Part shown: positions 40,571-51,255 of the stretch, piece by piece | How positions within the stretch are numbered: the first letter of the stretch is position 1 | Layout: each line of letters opens with the position of its first letter | Assembly (NCBI GenBank): GCA_963748215.1 | Contig: CAVVHS010000003.1 | Location: 157,884-221,883 of the forward strand | Origin: an uncultured Gammaproteobacteria bacterium | GTDB taxonomy: Bacteria; Pseudomonadota; Gammaproteobacteria; UBA9214 | Direction of reading: 5' to 3' | DNA length: 64,000 bases | Program-made: the position numbers and the translations under genes | Notes under the pieces: model-generated | Seen by the model: only the letters and a program-made list of their open reading frames with translations | What the model was told of the DNA's origin: nothing | Database searches by the model: none

Positions 40571-41052
40571 CCGGCGTCGTTCATGACCTTGCCGGTGCGC
40601 AGTTCGTCCGGGGTCGCATCGCGGATGCCCTGGATCTCGACCTCGAACACCAGCGTCTGGCCAGCCAGTGGATGGTTGCCGTCAAGATGCGCGATACCGT
40701 CAAGAATGTCGGTCACGGTAAACAGGATCTCCCTGCCGTCGTCGTCGTGACCCATGACTCGTCCTCCTTTCTCGATGGTCTCGCCGGGAGGAAAGCCGCT
40801 CAGCGGCATCTCGCATACCAGTTCGATGTTGCGTTTGCCAAAGGCGTCGTCGGGCAACAGGCGGGCTCGAACCACATCGCCGATTGCGCGCGATTCCAGC
40901 CGCTGTTCGAGCTTACGGGGCAGCGCCCCGGTGCCGTGCAAATAGCTGACCGGCCTGGCGGTCGCCTCACGCACAACCACGCCCTCGGCATTGGTCAGCG
41001 AGTACTGTACGGTAACCACTTTATTTTCATTAACTGTTTGAAATTCAGTCAT
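40567..41052 (-). CDS. FKBP-type peptidyl-prolyl isomerase (SlyD-like)
   Basis: YLHG..DGNHPLAGQTLVFEVEI..RDAT. Confidence 0.92.
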   Translation of the reverse strand: MTEFQTVNENKVVTVQYSLTNAEGVVVREATARPVSYLHGTGALPRKLEQRLESRAIGDVVRARLLPDDAFGKRNIELVCEMPLSGFPPGETIEKGGRVMGHDDDGREILFTVTDILDGIAHLDGNHPLAGQTLVFEVEIQGIRDATPDELRTGKVMNDAG

Positions 41053-41177
41053 TAAATTCCATTTCTGGTGTGTGTGAGCCGTGACTATTATATGCCGGAA
41101 GTTTCGATGTGCGCGAACTTGCCAGCGCGGCAACTGTCGCAACTACAAGGCACAACCAGAACGTGCAGGAGCCAGTC

Positions 41178-41489
41178 ATGAAGCAGGCCAGATTTTCAAT
41201 CGGACAATGCATTCATCACCGGTTGTTTGATTACCGGGGTGTGATCATTGATGTCGATGCGGAGTTCCTCGGCCAGGAGGAGTGGTATCAGGCCATGGCC
41301 AGGAGCCGACCGCCCAAGGATGAACCCTGGTACCGCGTGCTGGTGCATGACAGCGGGCGTGAAACCTATGTCGCCGAGCGCAACCTCCAGGAAGATGACA
41401 CTAACGAACCCATCAGCCACCCCCTGCTGGGCGAGTTTTTCACACAATTCGAGCGTGGCCATTACCAATCCGGCCGGCACATCAACTAG
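41178..41489 (+). CDS. hspQ: Heat shock protein HspQ
   Basis: FSIGQ..HRLFDYRGVIIDVD..PWY..TYVAERNL. Confidence 0.92.
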   Translation: MKQARFSIGQCIHHRLFDYRGVIIDVDAEFLGQEEWYQAMARSRPPKDEPWYRVLVHDSGRETYVAERNLQEDDTNEPISHPLLGEFFTQFERGHYQSGRHIN

Positions 41490-41556
41490 TTTCCCGCCTC
41501 GTGGATAAACATGCCATACCCGGGAAATGCGGCGTCTTACGGCTTATAATCTGCGG

Positions 41557-42009
41557 ATGATCAGCACTATACAGTCATTGCTAAAAAGGCATCTGCCGCC
41601 AACTTCCGAAGCCGGACAGGATGCGGAGCGGGCGCTGCAGGTCGCAACGGCTGCCCTGCTGATGGAAGTAGCGGCCGCCGACACCGAAGTTACCGCTGCG
41701 GAGCGGCAGCGGATCAAGCGCATTGTCGGGGAGATCCATGCTGTAACTCCGGATGATGCTCTCGATATATGCAAACAGGCGGAGCAGCAGGCCGATCATG
41801 TGACATCGCTGTTTCCATTCACCCGGCTCATCACCAGCGAATGCAGCCTGGAAGACAGGATAGAAATCGTGCACCGGTTGTGGGAGATAACATTCCTGGA
41901 CGGTGAAGTGCACGTCCATGAAGAACACCTGGTCCGGAAGGTGGCTGACTTGCTGTATGTGCCGCACAGCCAGTTCATTCGCGGCAAGGTAAAGCAGCAG
42001 GATGGTTGA
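41557..42009 (+). CDS. TerB-family protein
   Basis: ATAALLMEVAAAD..E..EEHLVRKVADLLYV. Confidence 0.88.
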   Translation: MISTIQSLLKRHLPPTSEAGQDAERALQVATAALLMEVAAADTEVTAAERQRIKRIVGEIHAVTPDDALDICKQAEQQADHVTSLFPFTRLITSECSLEDRIEIVHRLWEITFLDGEVHVHEEHLVRKVADLLYVPHSQFIRGKVKQQDG

Positions 42010-42069
42010 CGGCCGGCAATAGGCCGAAAAGAGGCGGGGCTGTCTAGCAGCCCCGTATAATGCTGTTTT

Positions 42070-42420
42070 TTATACCATTTCCTTCAGGTTCTTGAGTGGC
42101 AGGACCTTGACCACGTTACGCGCCGGCTTGGCCTTGAACATCATTTCTTCGCCGGTGAACGGGTTCACGCCCTTGCGAGCCCGGGTCGCAGGCTTGCGTG
42201 CCACCTTGACCTTCATGAGGCCGGGAACGGTGTACACGCCCGGGCCTCGCTTGAGGTCGCGCTTCATCAGAACTGCGAGGTTGTCAAACACGGCGCCGAC
42301 ATCCTTCTTGGTGAGACCGGTTTTGTCAGCAATGAAGTTAAGCGTTTCTGACTTGGTCGTTGGCTTTGCAGCAGCCCTGGTGGCTGTCTTTTTCTTGGCC
42401 GTCGCTTTCTTTTTTGCCAT
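42070..42420 (-). CDS. HU-family DNA-binding protein with K/A-rich N-tail
   Basis: TKSE..IADKTGL..PATRARKGVNPFTGE..FKAKPA. Confidence 0.92.
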   Translation of the reverse strand: MAKKKATAKKKTATRAAAKPTTKSETLNFIADKTGLTKKDVGAVFDNLAVLMKRDLKRGPGVYTVPGLMKVKVARKPATRARKGVNPFTGEEMMFKAKPARNVVKVLPLKNLKEMV

Positions 42421-43330
42421 TCGAAGTAACTCCTCGTTGGGTGATAGATGTAACAGCACGCGTAAGATAGCACAATAAACGAAATGTGAAAGTCTTTTGC
42501 TGCATTAAATGCCTTTCTTTGTAGTACTTGGTGGCTTCAGCATGTTCGCGGTGCTGTGTTTCGCAGCGCGCGATTTTCTTCGTGTTGTCTTGCAGTGCTC
42601 TATGCTCTTCCCGCAGGACATTGCACATGCTGACCGTGGCGCTGCGTGAGGGTGCTGGCTGAGCCATGCCTGTCGCATATAAAATCACAGCAAATACAGT
42701 CTCTAAGGCAATGTGTGCAAGTGCCTTGGCAATGGTCTCGGTGGCGCTGGTCCCGGGTCGTAATACTCGATGTCCGTTTCGACGTATGACGTCGCGGACA
42801 TCCGGTCGACAGTAACGGGATGTATGTGCCTTTCCCATGCCGCGCATGACCGCAGCTGCATAAACTTGTCAAAGTGTCATCCGTGCGAGTTTCTGGTGGT
42901 CCTGAGCGGTCAGTGGCGTGCGCATTGTCGGTCATGAATGCTGCAAATGTGGCGGGGTGCATGATCGCTGCCGTGGGAGCCGGCTGTGGCGAAAGCGTGT
43001 TGGAGCGACCTGGCAGCCTCGTCTGGCGATCACGCGCTGGATCAGGTGAGTAACCGCGTGTCATGAATCCGGCTAAACAGCGATGCATCGGCAAAGTACC
43101 CTGATTCCGGACGAATACTGTGATGACGATCAAACTTTACGGTGCAATTTCTCCATCGCCCTGCGTGCTTCTGCAAGCTGTCATCTGCCTGGACAGGACA
43201 GCGGCCGCGGGTCCCTGTACTTGTCTTAATAACAGTCGGTGTTAGCCGATACGGTGAATGCGGCTCTTGCCGTTGAGGTGCCTCAGCAGGAACAGATTCT
43301 TACCGTATTAAGGCAGCACACAGGGTGACT

Positions 43331-45124
43331 ATGCACGCAGCAGAGAAAACCGAGGAAAACACGAAAATTCTCCATGATCTGGTTCCCCTGAATTCACTGT
43401 CACCGGAAAGATTCGGGGAGCTGTCGGAGAAAATCCTCATTGAGACAGTCAAGGCCGGACACTACCTGTTCCGCAAGGGAGATCGTGACAATCATACGAT
43501 TTTCCTGCTGGAAGGAACGCTCAATCTCATCGACGGCTTTCGCAAAATCGCCGGTGAGGTCAAGGCGGGTACCGAGCAGAGTCGCCACCCGATCTCCAAT
43601 CTACAGCCTCGCCAGTACGCTGCACGAGCGGTGACCCGCTGCGTGATCGCGAGCATCGACTCCGGGTTGCTCGATGTGTTTCTTACCTGGGACCCGTCCA
43701 ATGCATCCGTGGTGGTCGATATCGGTGCTGCCGATAACAGTGACTGGATGACGCGGATGCTGCAATCCAAGGCATTCGTCAGATTGCCTCCATCGATGCT
43801 TCAGGCGCTATTGATGAGATTCAAGCCGGTCGAGGTGAAAAAAGGCCAGGTCATCATTGCCCAGGATAGCGAAGGTAAGCATTTCTATACCATCCACGAA
43901 GGCCGCTGCGCGGTAACCCGCAGGGAAAACCCCGGCGCACCGGAAAAAGTACTCGCCGAACTCGGGAATGGCGATTCGTTCGGGGAGGAGTCACTGGTAT
44001 CCGAGTCCAGGCGTAATGCATCAGTCACTATGTTGACCGATGGACTGCTGATGTGTCTTGCGAAAAAGGACTTCGTCGATCTTCTGAAAACACAGCTGGT
44101 CAAATATATTGATTTCGACGAGGCGAGACGCCTGGTCGACGACGGTGCGGTGTGGGTCGATGTGCGAACACCGGATGAGTACGAGTGTGGCTCGTTCGAC
44201 GACAGCGTCAATATTCCCCTGTCCGCCCTCAGGGGCGAAATGCCGGAACTGGTATATAACGCAAAGTATGTCATTTGCTGTGATACCGGCAGTCGCAGCG
44301 ACTCAGCAGCCTTCGTGCTCAGTCACAAAGGATTCGATGTCTACGTTCTGACCGGTGGCATGACTGGTCTACCGGTTGCCGTCGGTATTATCCAAGGCGA
44401 TTCCGTTCCGGCTTCAGGCGCGGAGCAATCCGGGGCAGGTAACGACGGGCAGTTTGAGTTGCTGCTGGTCAAGTACGAAGAGGAGCGGCAGGCCAGGCAA
44501 AGGGTCGAGCAGCAGCTGGAAATGGTGTGCGATGAGCTTGCCGAGTCGGGTGAGAAACTTGGCGAATTCTATAGCCGCGTAAACCGGTTGGAGGAAGACA
44601 AGCAGGGCTTTAATGAGCGTTACGAAAGCCTGCGCGAGAAGCATGCGGACGAGCTACAGGCCCTCTCTGAAGAACTCGAGCAGGGAAAGATGCAGTATCA
44701 CAAGCTGTGCAGCGAGAAGGAGCAGTACGAGGCGCAGTGTCTGCGCCTGCAGCGGCAGCTCGATATGGCTCTGGATGGCGCCAGGGCCCCGGATGATCGG
44801 CAGCGCGGTGCGCGCGCGGAAGATGTTGTATTACAGGCAGGGAACGCAACGGGCTGGGATAAAGAGCGCGTGCAGGTTGAGAAAATGCAGGCCGAACTGA
44901 GGAATGCGCGGACGGAGATCATTCATTTGAAGAAGATCCTGCAGTCCGTTGCAGGAGAGAAGCATCAGGTCGAGGAGCAAATTCAACAGTTTACGCACAC
45001 CCTTGACGCCATGCGCGAATCGATGTGCAGAATGACGGAAGGCCTGTCCGTTGTGCAGGAAGATGCTGCCAGTCCCGTGAATTCCAGCGTGATGCCCGGG
45101 AGGGGCGGTGACATTGAAGGGTGA
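43331..45124 (+). CDS. 2x cNMP-binding + rhodanese + coiled-coil protein (likely 5' part of a frameshifted gene)
   Basis: LFRKGD, FGEESL..RNASV, DVRTPDEY, ICCDTGSRS, then heptad-rich region. Confidence 0.8.
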   Translation: MHAAEKTEENTKILHDLVPLNSLSPERFGELSEKILIETVKAGHYLFRKGDRDNHTIFLLEGTLNLIDGFRKIAGEVKAGTEQSRHPISNLQPRQYAARAVTRCVIASIDSGLLDVFLTWDPSNASVVVDIGAADNSDWMTRMLQSKAFVRLPPSMLQALLMRFKPVEVKKGQVIIAQDSEGKHFYTIHEGRCAVTRRENPGAPEKVLAELGNGDSFGEESLVSESRRNASVTMLTDGLLMCLAKKDFVDLLKTQLVKYIDFDEARRLVDDGAVWVDVRTPDEYECGSFDDSVNIPLSALRGEMPELVYNAKYVICCDTGSRSDSAAFVLSHKGFDVYVLTGGMTGLPVAVGIIQGDSVPASGAEQSGAGNDGQFELLLVKYEEERQARQRVEQQLEMVCDELAESGEKLGEFYSRVNRLEEDKQGFNERYESLREKHADELQALSEELEQGKMQYHKLCSEKEQYEAQCLRLQRQLDMALDGARAPDDRQRGARAEDVVLQAGNATGWDKERVQVEKMQAELRNARTEIIHLKKILQSVAGEKHQVEEQIQQFTHTLDAMRESMCRMTEGLSVVQEDAASPVNSSVMPGRGGDIEG

Positions 45125-47948
45125 ATTGCAGGCGGGACTTGACCAGTCTGATGGCGCAGAAGCGGACATCGGCGATTCCGGGCAGGTGTCCACGCGGCAG
45201 ATTGACGAACTTCAGGCGCGAGTTGTCCGACAGGCGGAACAACTGGAGTCACTTGGTGCTGAGCGAAACTCACTTCTGACCATATCCTCCTCCCTGCAGG
45301 AAGAGGTGGAGCAGTTGCGTCACGCACTGTCGCAGTCAGCTACTGCCGAAGATGACGGAATAGAAAATATTGTAATTGAGCCCGTGACCCCCGAAGAGCC
45401 GTCCAGCGAACTGGAAAGTATCACGCGTGAGCGCGATGACTTGAAAGAACGCCTGGCAAGCCGGGAAGAAGGTGATGCGGAACTCAGGAAAACTGTTGAG
45501 TCGCTGCGGGTTCAGCTCAAGGCGCGTGACAGCGTTGCTGAAGAACAGCTCGCAAGTATCAAGAAGGCGCTGGAACTCGAGCAGCAACGGCTTGCCGTGT
45601 TACAGGCAGAGAGCGATGCAAGGGATACGCAACTCGAGAGTTCATGTGTTGAATCGAGCCAGAAGGATGTCGATCTGGGTATTCTGCGCGACGAGCTCGA
45701 GGTGGCCCGTCAACAGGTGCATGACCTGCAGATGCTGGTTGAGCAGGGAGATGATCGCGTCAAGAGTCTTGAGCATGACTACCAGGATACCGCAAGGAAG
45801 TCGCATGAGGATCTGAAACGCAAGAATGATATTGAAAAAGAGATGCAGGGCCAGATTGATCGCCTGCGGAAGCAGCTGGAGCAGACGTCCCGCGACTATC
45901 AGAAGTCACGGGTCAGTGCGCAGGAGGATATGGATAACCTGCGCGACGAATTGCATGCCGAGCGCCAGGCCCGCGCAGAGGAGCGGGCGCAGATGGCGGC
46001 GCGCCAGCGCGAGCTCAAAGAACAGCTTACGGCGGTCGCCACGGAACATGAGGTAAATTTCAGCAAGCAGTCAGACGTGATCGAGGGGGCGGTGGATGCG
46101 GTGCGTGCGGAAGAACGCAACCGTCTGCAGGGCGTGCTCGATGCCCATGCCGCTATCGAAGAACAGCTCGCTAAGGTGCAGCAGGAACTGCAACAGGCGC
46201 ACGCCGAAATGGTGGTGTTCCGTCACCAGGAAAGAGAGCGCCACCAGGCCGATATCAAGCTGATGGAGGAGCAGTACCGGCAGGCGGAAACCGCCATCAA
46301 GCAGCTCGAATCACAGCTCAGGCAGCTGACCCGGGAGCGTGACAGTGCCCTGGAAGAACAAAACGGGCTGCGTGAAAAGGTCAACACGCTGCGTGGAGAG
46401 GTGGAAGTCTCGCGCGGCCTGATGAATGTCTCAGGGCCCGGGCAACTTGAAGACCCGGCACGTCTGCGCAAGCAACTCGACGAGACACGCAAGAATGTCG
46501 AAATAGCCGTTCGCTTGCGTGCCGAGGCGGAGGCCGCGCGTGACAGACTGCTCAACGAACGAAACGCCCTGCTTGCCCAGCTCGAGAATACATCCGGTGA
46601 GGACGCGCCGTTGCATATCCCGTCGCTGGACGAGATCGACACAAAGGAGTCCCGCGGCAGCGCGCAGCACGCCAGTACGCCACTTAATTTCGGTCCGGCC
46701 AGCCAGTCACGAACCACCTCGACGCAGGCACCTGTAATTGATGCCGATGTTGCCGGCAGGCGCCTGCCAGTCGGTCTGGGCGGTCTGGCTGGATTGCTGG
46801 TGGCAGGTGCAATTGCTGCCGCAGGATGGTGGCTGGTCGGCAGTCAGCACTCCGGTCCGGATATTGCGGCGACCGCGCCACCTGAAGTGCCGCGGACTGT
46901 TGCTGAAACCGGGAATGCGCCTGTTAAAACAGGGCCATCCAGCGACCGCATGGCTGCCCGGCGGCCTGTGCAGGTCTCGCCACAACCCCTGATGCCTGAG
47001 CCGAGACAACAGCCTGTCCCGGCGGACGTTCAGGCAAGGATTGACGGGCAACAGCTTGCACAGCACATGGCTGGAATACCGCCTGCCGTGCAGGCATCGC
47101 CCCCGGAGCGGAAGGTGAACGAGACTGCTGATACTTTGATGGCGAAAAGTGCAGCCGGTTCGTCAGTCATGCCTAAGTCGACACGCCCCGCCAGACAGTC
47201 TGTGCTGCGCACCTACAGCGATACCCTGAAAAACGGTGGCGAGGGTCCGGTGCTGGTGGAACTCGCCGTGGCCGGCTATTTTATGGGCAGTTACGGCAAC
47301 TCGCTGAATTACGAGGAAGGTCCGCGCCACCTTGTCAAGCTGCCGGGGTTTTCCATTGGTAAATACGAAGTGACATTCGCCGAGTACGACCGGTTTGCAC
47401 GAGCCACCGGCCGTCGTCTGCCCTACGATGAAACCTGGGGTCGTGGTGATCAGCCGGTCATCAACGTCTCCTGGGCGGATGCGCAGGATTTCGTTGGCTG
47501 GCTGTCTGCACAGACCGGACATCGATATCGTCTGCCCAGTGAGGCGGAGTGGGAATATGCCGCCCGCGGCGGGAGTTACTGGATGTACTGGTGGATGGCT
47601 GCTGAGGATGCCGAGGCGACGGACGGGGTCTGGGCGAACTGCCATAACTGCGGCAGCGTGTGGGATGGGGTACGCACCGCCCGGGTCGGCCAGTTCCCTG
47701 CCAATGCCTTCGGCCTGTATGACATGGCAGGCAATGTTCAGGAGTGGACCTCCGACTGTTACCACGACAGCTACGAGGGCGCACCGCTGGACGGCAGTGC
47801 CTGGGTAAGGCCGCATTGCACCCAGCGCGTGGTGCGCGGCGGTGGATATACGAGCCCGCTGGACACGCTGCGCAGTGCCAAGCGCGGGCAGCTTGATCAG
47901 GATACCCGGCTCGACAATCTTGGCTTCCGTGTGGTTCGGGAAAATTGA
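45108..47948 (+). CDS. Coiled-coil + TM + FGE-sulfatase (SUMF1/EgtB/PvdO) domain protein (likely 3' part of the same gene)
   Basis: YEVTFAEY, PVINVSW, RLPSEAEWEYAAR, NAFGLYDMAGNVQEW, GFRV. Confidence 0.85.
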   Translation: MTLKGELQAGLDQSDGAEADIGDSGQVSTRQIDELQARVVRQAEQLESLGAERNSLLTISSSLQEEVEQLRHALSQSATAEDDGIENIVIEPVTPEEPSSELESITRERDDLKERLASREEGDAELRKTVESLRVQLKARDSVAEEQLASIKKALELEQQRLAVLQAESDARDTQLESSCVESSQKDVDLGILRDELEVARQQVHDLQMLVEQGDDRVKSLEHDYQDTARKSHEDLKRKNDIEKEMQGQIDRLRKQLEQTSRDYQKSRVSAQEDMDNLRDELHAERQARAEERAQMAARQRELKEQLTAVATEHEVNFSKQSDVIEGAVDAVRAEERNRLQGVLDAHAAIEEQLAKVQQELQQAHAEMVVFRHQERERHQADIKLMEEQYRQAETAIKQLESQLRQLTRERDSALEEQNGLREKVNTLRGEVEVSRGLMNVSGPGQLEDPARLRKQLDETRKNVEIAVRLRAEAEAARDRLLNERNALLAQLENTSGEDAPLHIPSLDEIDTKESRGSAQHASTPLNFGPASQSRTTSTQAPVIDADVAGRRLPVGLGGLAGLLVAGAIAAAGWWLVGSQHSGPDIAATAPPEVPRTVAETGNAPVKTGPSSDRMAARRPVQVSPQPLMPEPRQQPVPADVQARIDGQQLAQHMAGIPPAVQASPPERKVNETADTLMAKSAAGSSVMPKSTRPARQSVLRTYSDTLKNGGEGPVLVELAVAGYFMGSYGNSLNYEEGPRHLVKLPGFSIGKYEVTFAEYDRFARATGRRLPYDETWGRGDQPVINVSWADAQDFVGWLSAQTGHRYRLPSEAEWEYAARGGSYWMYWWMAAEDAEATDGVWANCHNCGSVWDGVRTARVGQFPANAFGLYDMAGNVQEWTSDCYHDSYEGAPLDGSAWVRPHCTQRVVRGGGYTSPLDTLRSAKRGQLDQDTRLDNLGFRVVREN

Positions 47949-48034
47949 GGCTTATTCCCGCCTGAGCATGCCCGGCGATGTGCAGGGTGAGGTGACGTGG
48001 TTGACATCGACACGCGCCGCCGTAGTCTGCCTGC

Positions 48035-48421
48035 ATGCAAGAATCAACTGACCGAATCCTGCTCTGCCGACTTGATGACATCAGCGTGCCGGGAAGCCGC
48101 GGTCTGACCGTGGCATGCGGCGATCACCGCAGTGACATCTTTCTCGTGCGCACAACCGACGGAATATTCGGGTATCTCAACAGTTGTCCGCATACCGGCG
48201 CACCGCTGGACTGGGTGCCGGACCGTTTCCTGAGCCTGGACCTGGCTCATATTCAGTGTTCGACCCACGCGGCCCTGTTCAGGGTGCATGACGGTGTGTG
48301 CATTGCTGGTCCCTGTATTGGTGATGTGCTGAGACCGGTACCCCTTATGATCGATGAGGAAGCCGTATTTCTCCTGCGGCACGAGCTTTGTTCCCGGCGC
48401 GGAGCGGCTGACATGCCGTGA
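48035..48421 (+). CDS. Rieske 2Fe-2S ferredoxin
   Basis: CPH..CSTH..CIAGPC. Confidence 0.92.
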   Translation: MQESTDRILLCRLDDISVPGSRGLTVACGDHRSDIFLVRTTDGIFGYLNSCPHTGAPLDWVPDRFLSLDLAHIQCSTHAALFRVHDGVCIAGPCIGDVLRPVPLMIDEEAVFLLRHELCSRRGAADMP

Positions 48422-48643
48422 ATGTGGCAGGCCTGTTCCCACCTTCGGCAATTTCTGGTGCGATGCTTGCTGTAAATCTGTCCCGATGTCTGAGATTGCC
48501 GAAACCCGCGATAGCGTGCTGGCAGTATGTGACGTGCGGGTATGTCGAAATTAGCCAATCGAGGCGGGGATGCAGGATTCCGGTCTTGCGGTGGCGCTGG
48601 CAGCTCGTTGCCTGCCGGAATCGGCAGCCACGGTAATAGTCTT

Positions 48644-48838
48644 TCAGAGATCCTTCAGCAGGCGCTGCAGCAGTACCATGTAGGCGTCGCAGGGATTCGC
48701 GTCTTCCGGGCAACAGGCAGTCTCCAGCGGTTGCAGGCCGGCAGCGTATTCTGGCTCATGCCGGGGTTTGCCGGCGGCGGTAATGGCCTCGTATTCGGAG
48801 ATAACCTTGCCCGTGGACAGGTCGTAGATAATTGCCAT
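48644..48838 (-). CDS. Small hypothetical protein
   Basis: AGGAGG RBS; MAIIYDLSTGKVI; CC..C. Confidence 0.6.
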   Translation of the reverse strand: MAIIYDLSTGKVISEYEAITAAGKPRHEPEYAAGLQPLETACCPEDANPCDAYMVLLQRLLKDL

Positions 48839-48941
48839 GCTGTGCCTCCTGTTACCGCAAGTAACAGGGTTATCGGCACACGCATACGACAGTTGAGGGC
48901 GGCTTACCAGCGGCAGTTTGCCGCTGATGATACGGGCTGGT

Positions 48942-49223
48942 TCATTCGATTTCGTCGAACGGATTCATGTGTGCGGTCGGGCTTGTCAGCTCCAGGTCCA
49001 CGCCGTAGTCGTCGCGTTCCAGATCATAGGAGCCGGACCAGTCCTCGGGTGGTTCTATGCCGGTGAGTTCCATTTCATCCCAGCTCTCGAAATCGATCTC
49101 CTCGACCGCACCGTCATAGTGCTGGATTTCGAGCGTTGCTTCGTCTTCATCAAGTGCGACGATTTCGAACTTGTCGCCATTGATGGCCTGGTACCAGTCC
49201 CCGATGCGTGGTGTAAAGCTCAT
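48942..49223 (-). CDS. DUF6763-like acidic protein
   Basis: PRIGDWY..FEIVALDE..EIQHYDG..PPEDWSG. Confidence 0.82.
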   Translation of the reverse strand: MSFTPRIGDWYQAINGDKFEIVALDEDEATLEIQHYDGAVEEIDFESWDEMELTGIEPPEDWSGSYDLERDDYGVDLELTSPTAHMNPFDEIE

Positions 49224-49777
49224 CTCGGTACCCCTCGCTGCATGTTCAGGTTGTTAGTTGATCAGGTGGTCATCGTACGAATCAAGTTAATTCCGTTTCT
49301 GACATGTGCATTTTTCCCTTTTATAAGACTTGCCAGAGGGAATGGCAAGCACATCTGTACGGGGCGGCCGATCGCGCATTTCAGAACCCGGGCACAAGTC
49401 GGCTAAGGTTGTGTTTTAAACCGCATTGCTGCCGCCATTCCTGACTAACTGTCCATGCGCCTGGCCTGACAGGGAGTGGATGCAGCTAATATTCCCGGAG
49501 GCATGGTGCATCAGGCCTGTGCGGGTTGAGCACGCCCGGGCTCAAGCGGGTTCGGCTTGGGCAGGGATGCCGGGTGGACATCAATAAAGCTATCAAAATC
49601 AGTTAATTGATATGTTGCTCTTGATTGGTGCCGGTCGCGGATACGGGCGGGGGGCTGTAATGGCCATACTCGCCGGGGGCGGTAGCTGAAAATCCCCTGT
49701 CATTCGGGTAAAGTTCGCGTTTCATTTTTACGCAAACCCGCGCGTGCGGGCAGAAAAATATTCGTGAGGACAACAGC

Positions 49778-50452
49778 ATGGCCGACTACAAGATAGCACC
49801 TTCCATCCTGTCTGCTGACTTTGCCCGTCTGGGCGAGGAAGTGACCCATGTACTCGATGCCGGTGCTGATATCGTGCATTTCGACGTCATGGACAACCAT
49901 TATGTACCCAACCTGACCATCGGCCCGCTGGTGTGCGAGGCGCTGCGCAAGCACGGGGTCACCGCGGATATCGACGTACACCTGATGGTCAAGCCGGTCG
50001 ACCGGATCATTCCGGATTTCGCCAAGGCCGGTGCCACCTACATCACCTTTCATCCCGAGGCCAGTGAGCACATCGATCGCTCCCTGTCGCTGGTACATGA
50101 CTGCGGCTGCAAGTCCGGCCTCGTATTCAACCCGGCGACCCCGCTGGACTATCTGAAGCATGTCATCGACAAGGTGGATATGATCCTGTTGATGTCCGTG
50201 AACCCGGGATTTGGTGGACAGAGCTTCATTCCCGAGGCGCTCACCAAGTTACGCGAAGCGCGTCGAATTATCGACGAGAGCGGGCGTGACATTCGCCTGG
50301 AAATCGACGGTGGCGTCAAGGTGGACAATATCGGCGAGATCGCTGCCGCCGGTGCAGACACTTTCGTTGCCGGTTCGGCGATTTTCGGCGCTGACGACTA
50401 CAAGACCACCATTGCCGCGATGCGTGCCGAGATCGCCAGGGCCGTTGGCTGA
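49778..50452 (+). CDS. rpe: Ribulose-phosphate 3-epimerase
   Basis: [29 protein letters not shown]. Confidence 0.98.
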   Translation: MADYKIAPSILSADFARLGEEVTHVLDAGADIVHFDVMDNHYVPNLTIGPLVCEALRKHGVTADIDVHLMVKPVDRIIPDFAKAGATYITFHPEASEHIDRSLSLVHDCGCKSGLVFNPATPLDYLKHVIDKVDMILLMSVNPGFGGQSFIPEALTKLREARRIIDESGRDIRLEIDGGVKVDNIGEIAAAGADTFVAGSAIFGADDYKTTIAAMRAEIARAVG

Positions 50453-50463
50453 TCTGTCCTGAC

Positions 50464-51138
50464 ATGCGCAGACCGGAAATGATCCTGATAGACGTGGACG
50501 GGACGCTGGTCGACAGCGTGCCTGATCTTGCGTATTGCGTGGATGCCATGATGGACCGGCTCGGGCGCCCGGCATGTGGCGAGGTGCGGGTGCGTGACTG
50601 GGTCGGCAACGGCGTCGAGCGGCTGGTGCGACGCGCCCTGGTCGGTCAACTTGACGGGGAGCCGCCCGAGGCGGATTTCGAGCGGGCCTACCCGCTGTTC
50701 CTGGAGCTGTATGCTGAAAACACCTCCAAACGCTCGTGCCTGTACCCGGGGGTGCGGGAAGGTATCGACCTGCTCAAGTCGGCCGGCTACCAGCTCGGCT
50801 GCGTCACCAACAAGGCCGCACAGTTCACCGAGCCCTTGTTAAAGGATCTGGGCGTGTTTGAAGATTTCGCTATCGTTATCAGCGGTGATACATTGGCCAA
50901 CAAGAAGCCGGATCCGGAACCCCTGCTGCATGCAGCGGCATTTTTCGGTTGCCAGCCCGGTGACGCGCTGATGATCGGTGATTCGGTCAGCGATGTCGCG
51001 GCGGCGCGGGCAGCCGGCTTCAAGATCGTGTGCATGAGCTATGGCTACAATCATGGTGTCGATATCCATGATGCACACCCGGATGCCGTGATTGACTCGT
51101 TAACAGAGATTTATCCGCTGCTCGAAAAGGCAGTCTGA
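50464..51138 (+). CDS. gph: Phosphoglycolate phosphatase
   Basis: DVDGTLVDS, TNK, KKPDP, MIGDS; follows rpe. Confidence 0.95.
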   Translation: MRRPEMILIDVDGTLVDSVPDLAYCVDAMMDRLGRPACGEVRVRDWVGNGVERLVRRALVGQLDGEPPEADFERAYPLFLELYAENTSKRSCLYPGVREGIDLLKSAGYQLGCVTNKAAQFTEPLLKDLGVFEDFAIVISGDTLANKKPDPEPLLHAAAFFGCQPGDALMIGDSVSDVAAARAAGFKIVCMSYGYNHGVDIHDAHPDAVIDSLTEIYPLLEKAV

Positions 51139-51255
51139 TATCCATGCAGATCACTGGAGAGACCCATTCGGTGCTGTACAGCCCCGGCGGATGCTGGCAA
51201 GCGTCATGTTGTTGCTGGGACTGTATGCAATCCGGATATCTCAATGGTGAGCGTG

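Noticed and set aside
42338-43133. 169-aa and 177-aa minus-strand ORFs
   Set aside because: No RBS, atypical composition and no motifs; left as unexplained spacer
51139-51255. trp attenuator / leader peptide
   Set aside because: No Trp-rich leader ORF or terminator-antiterminator pair seen
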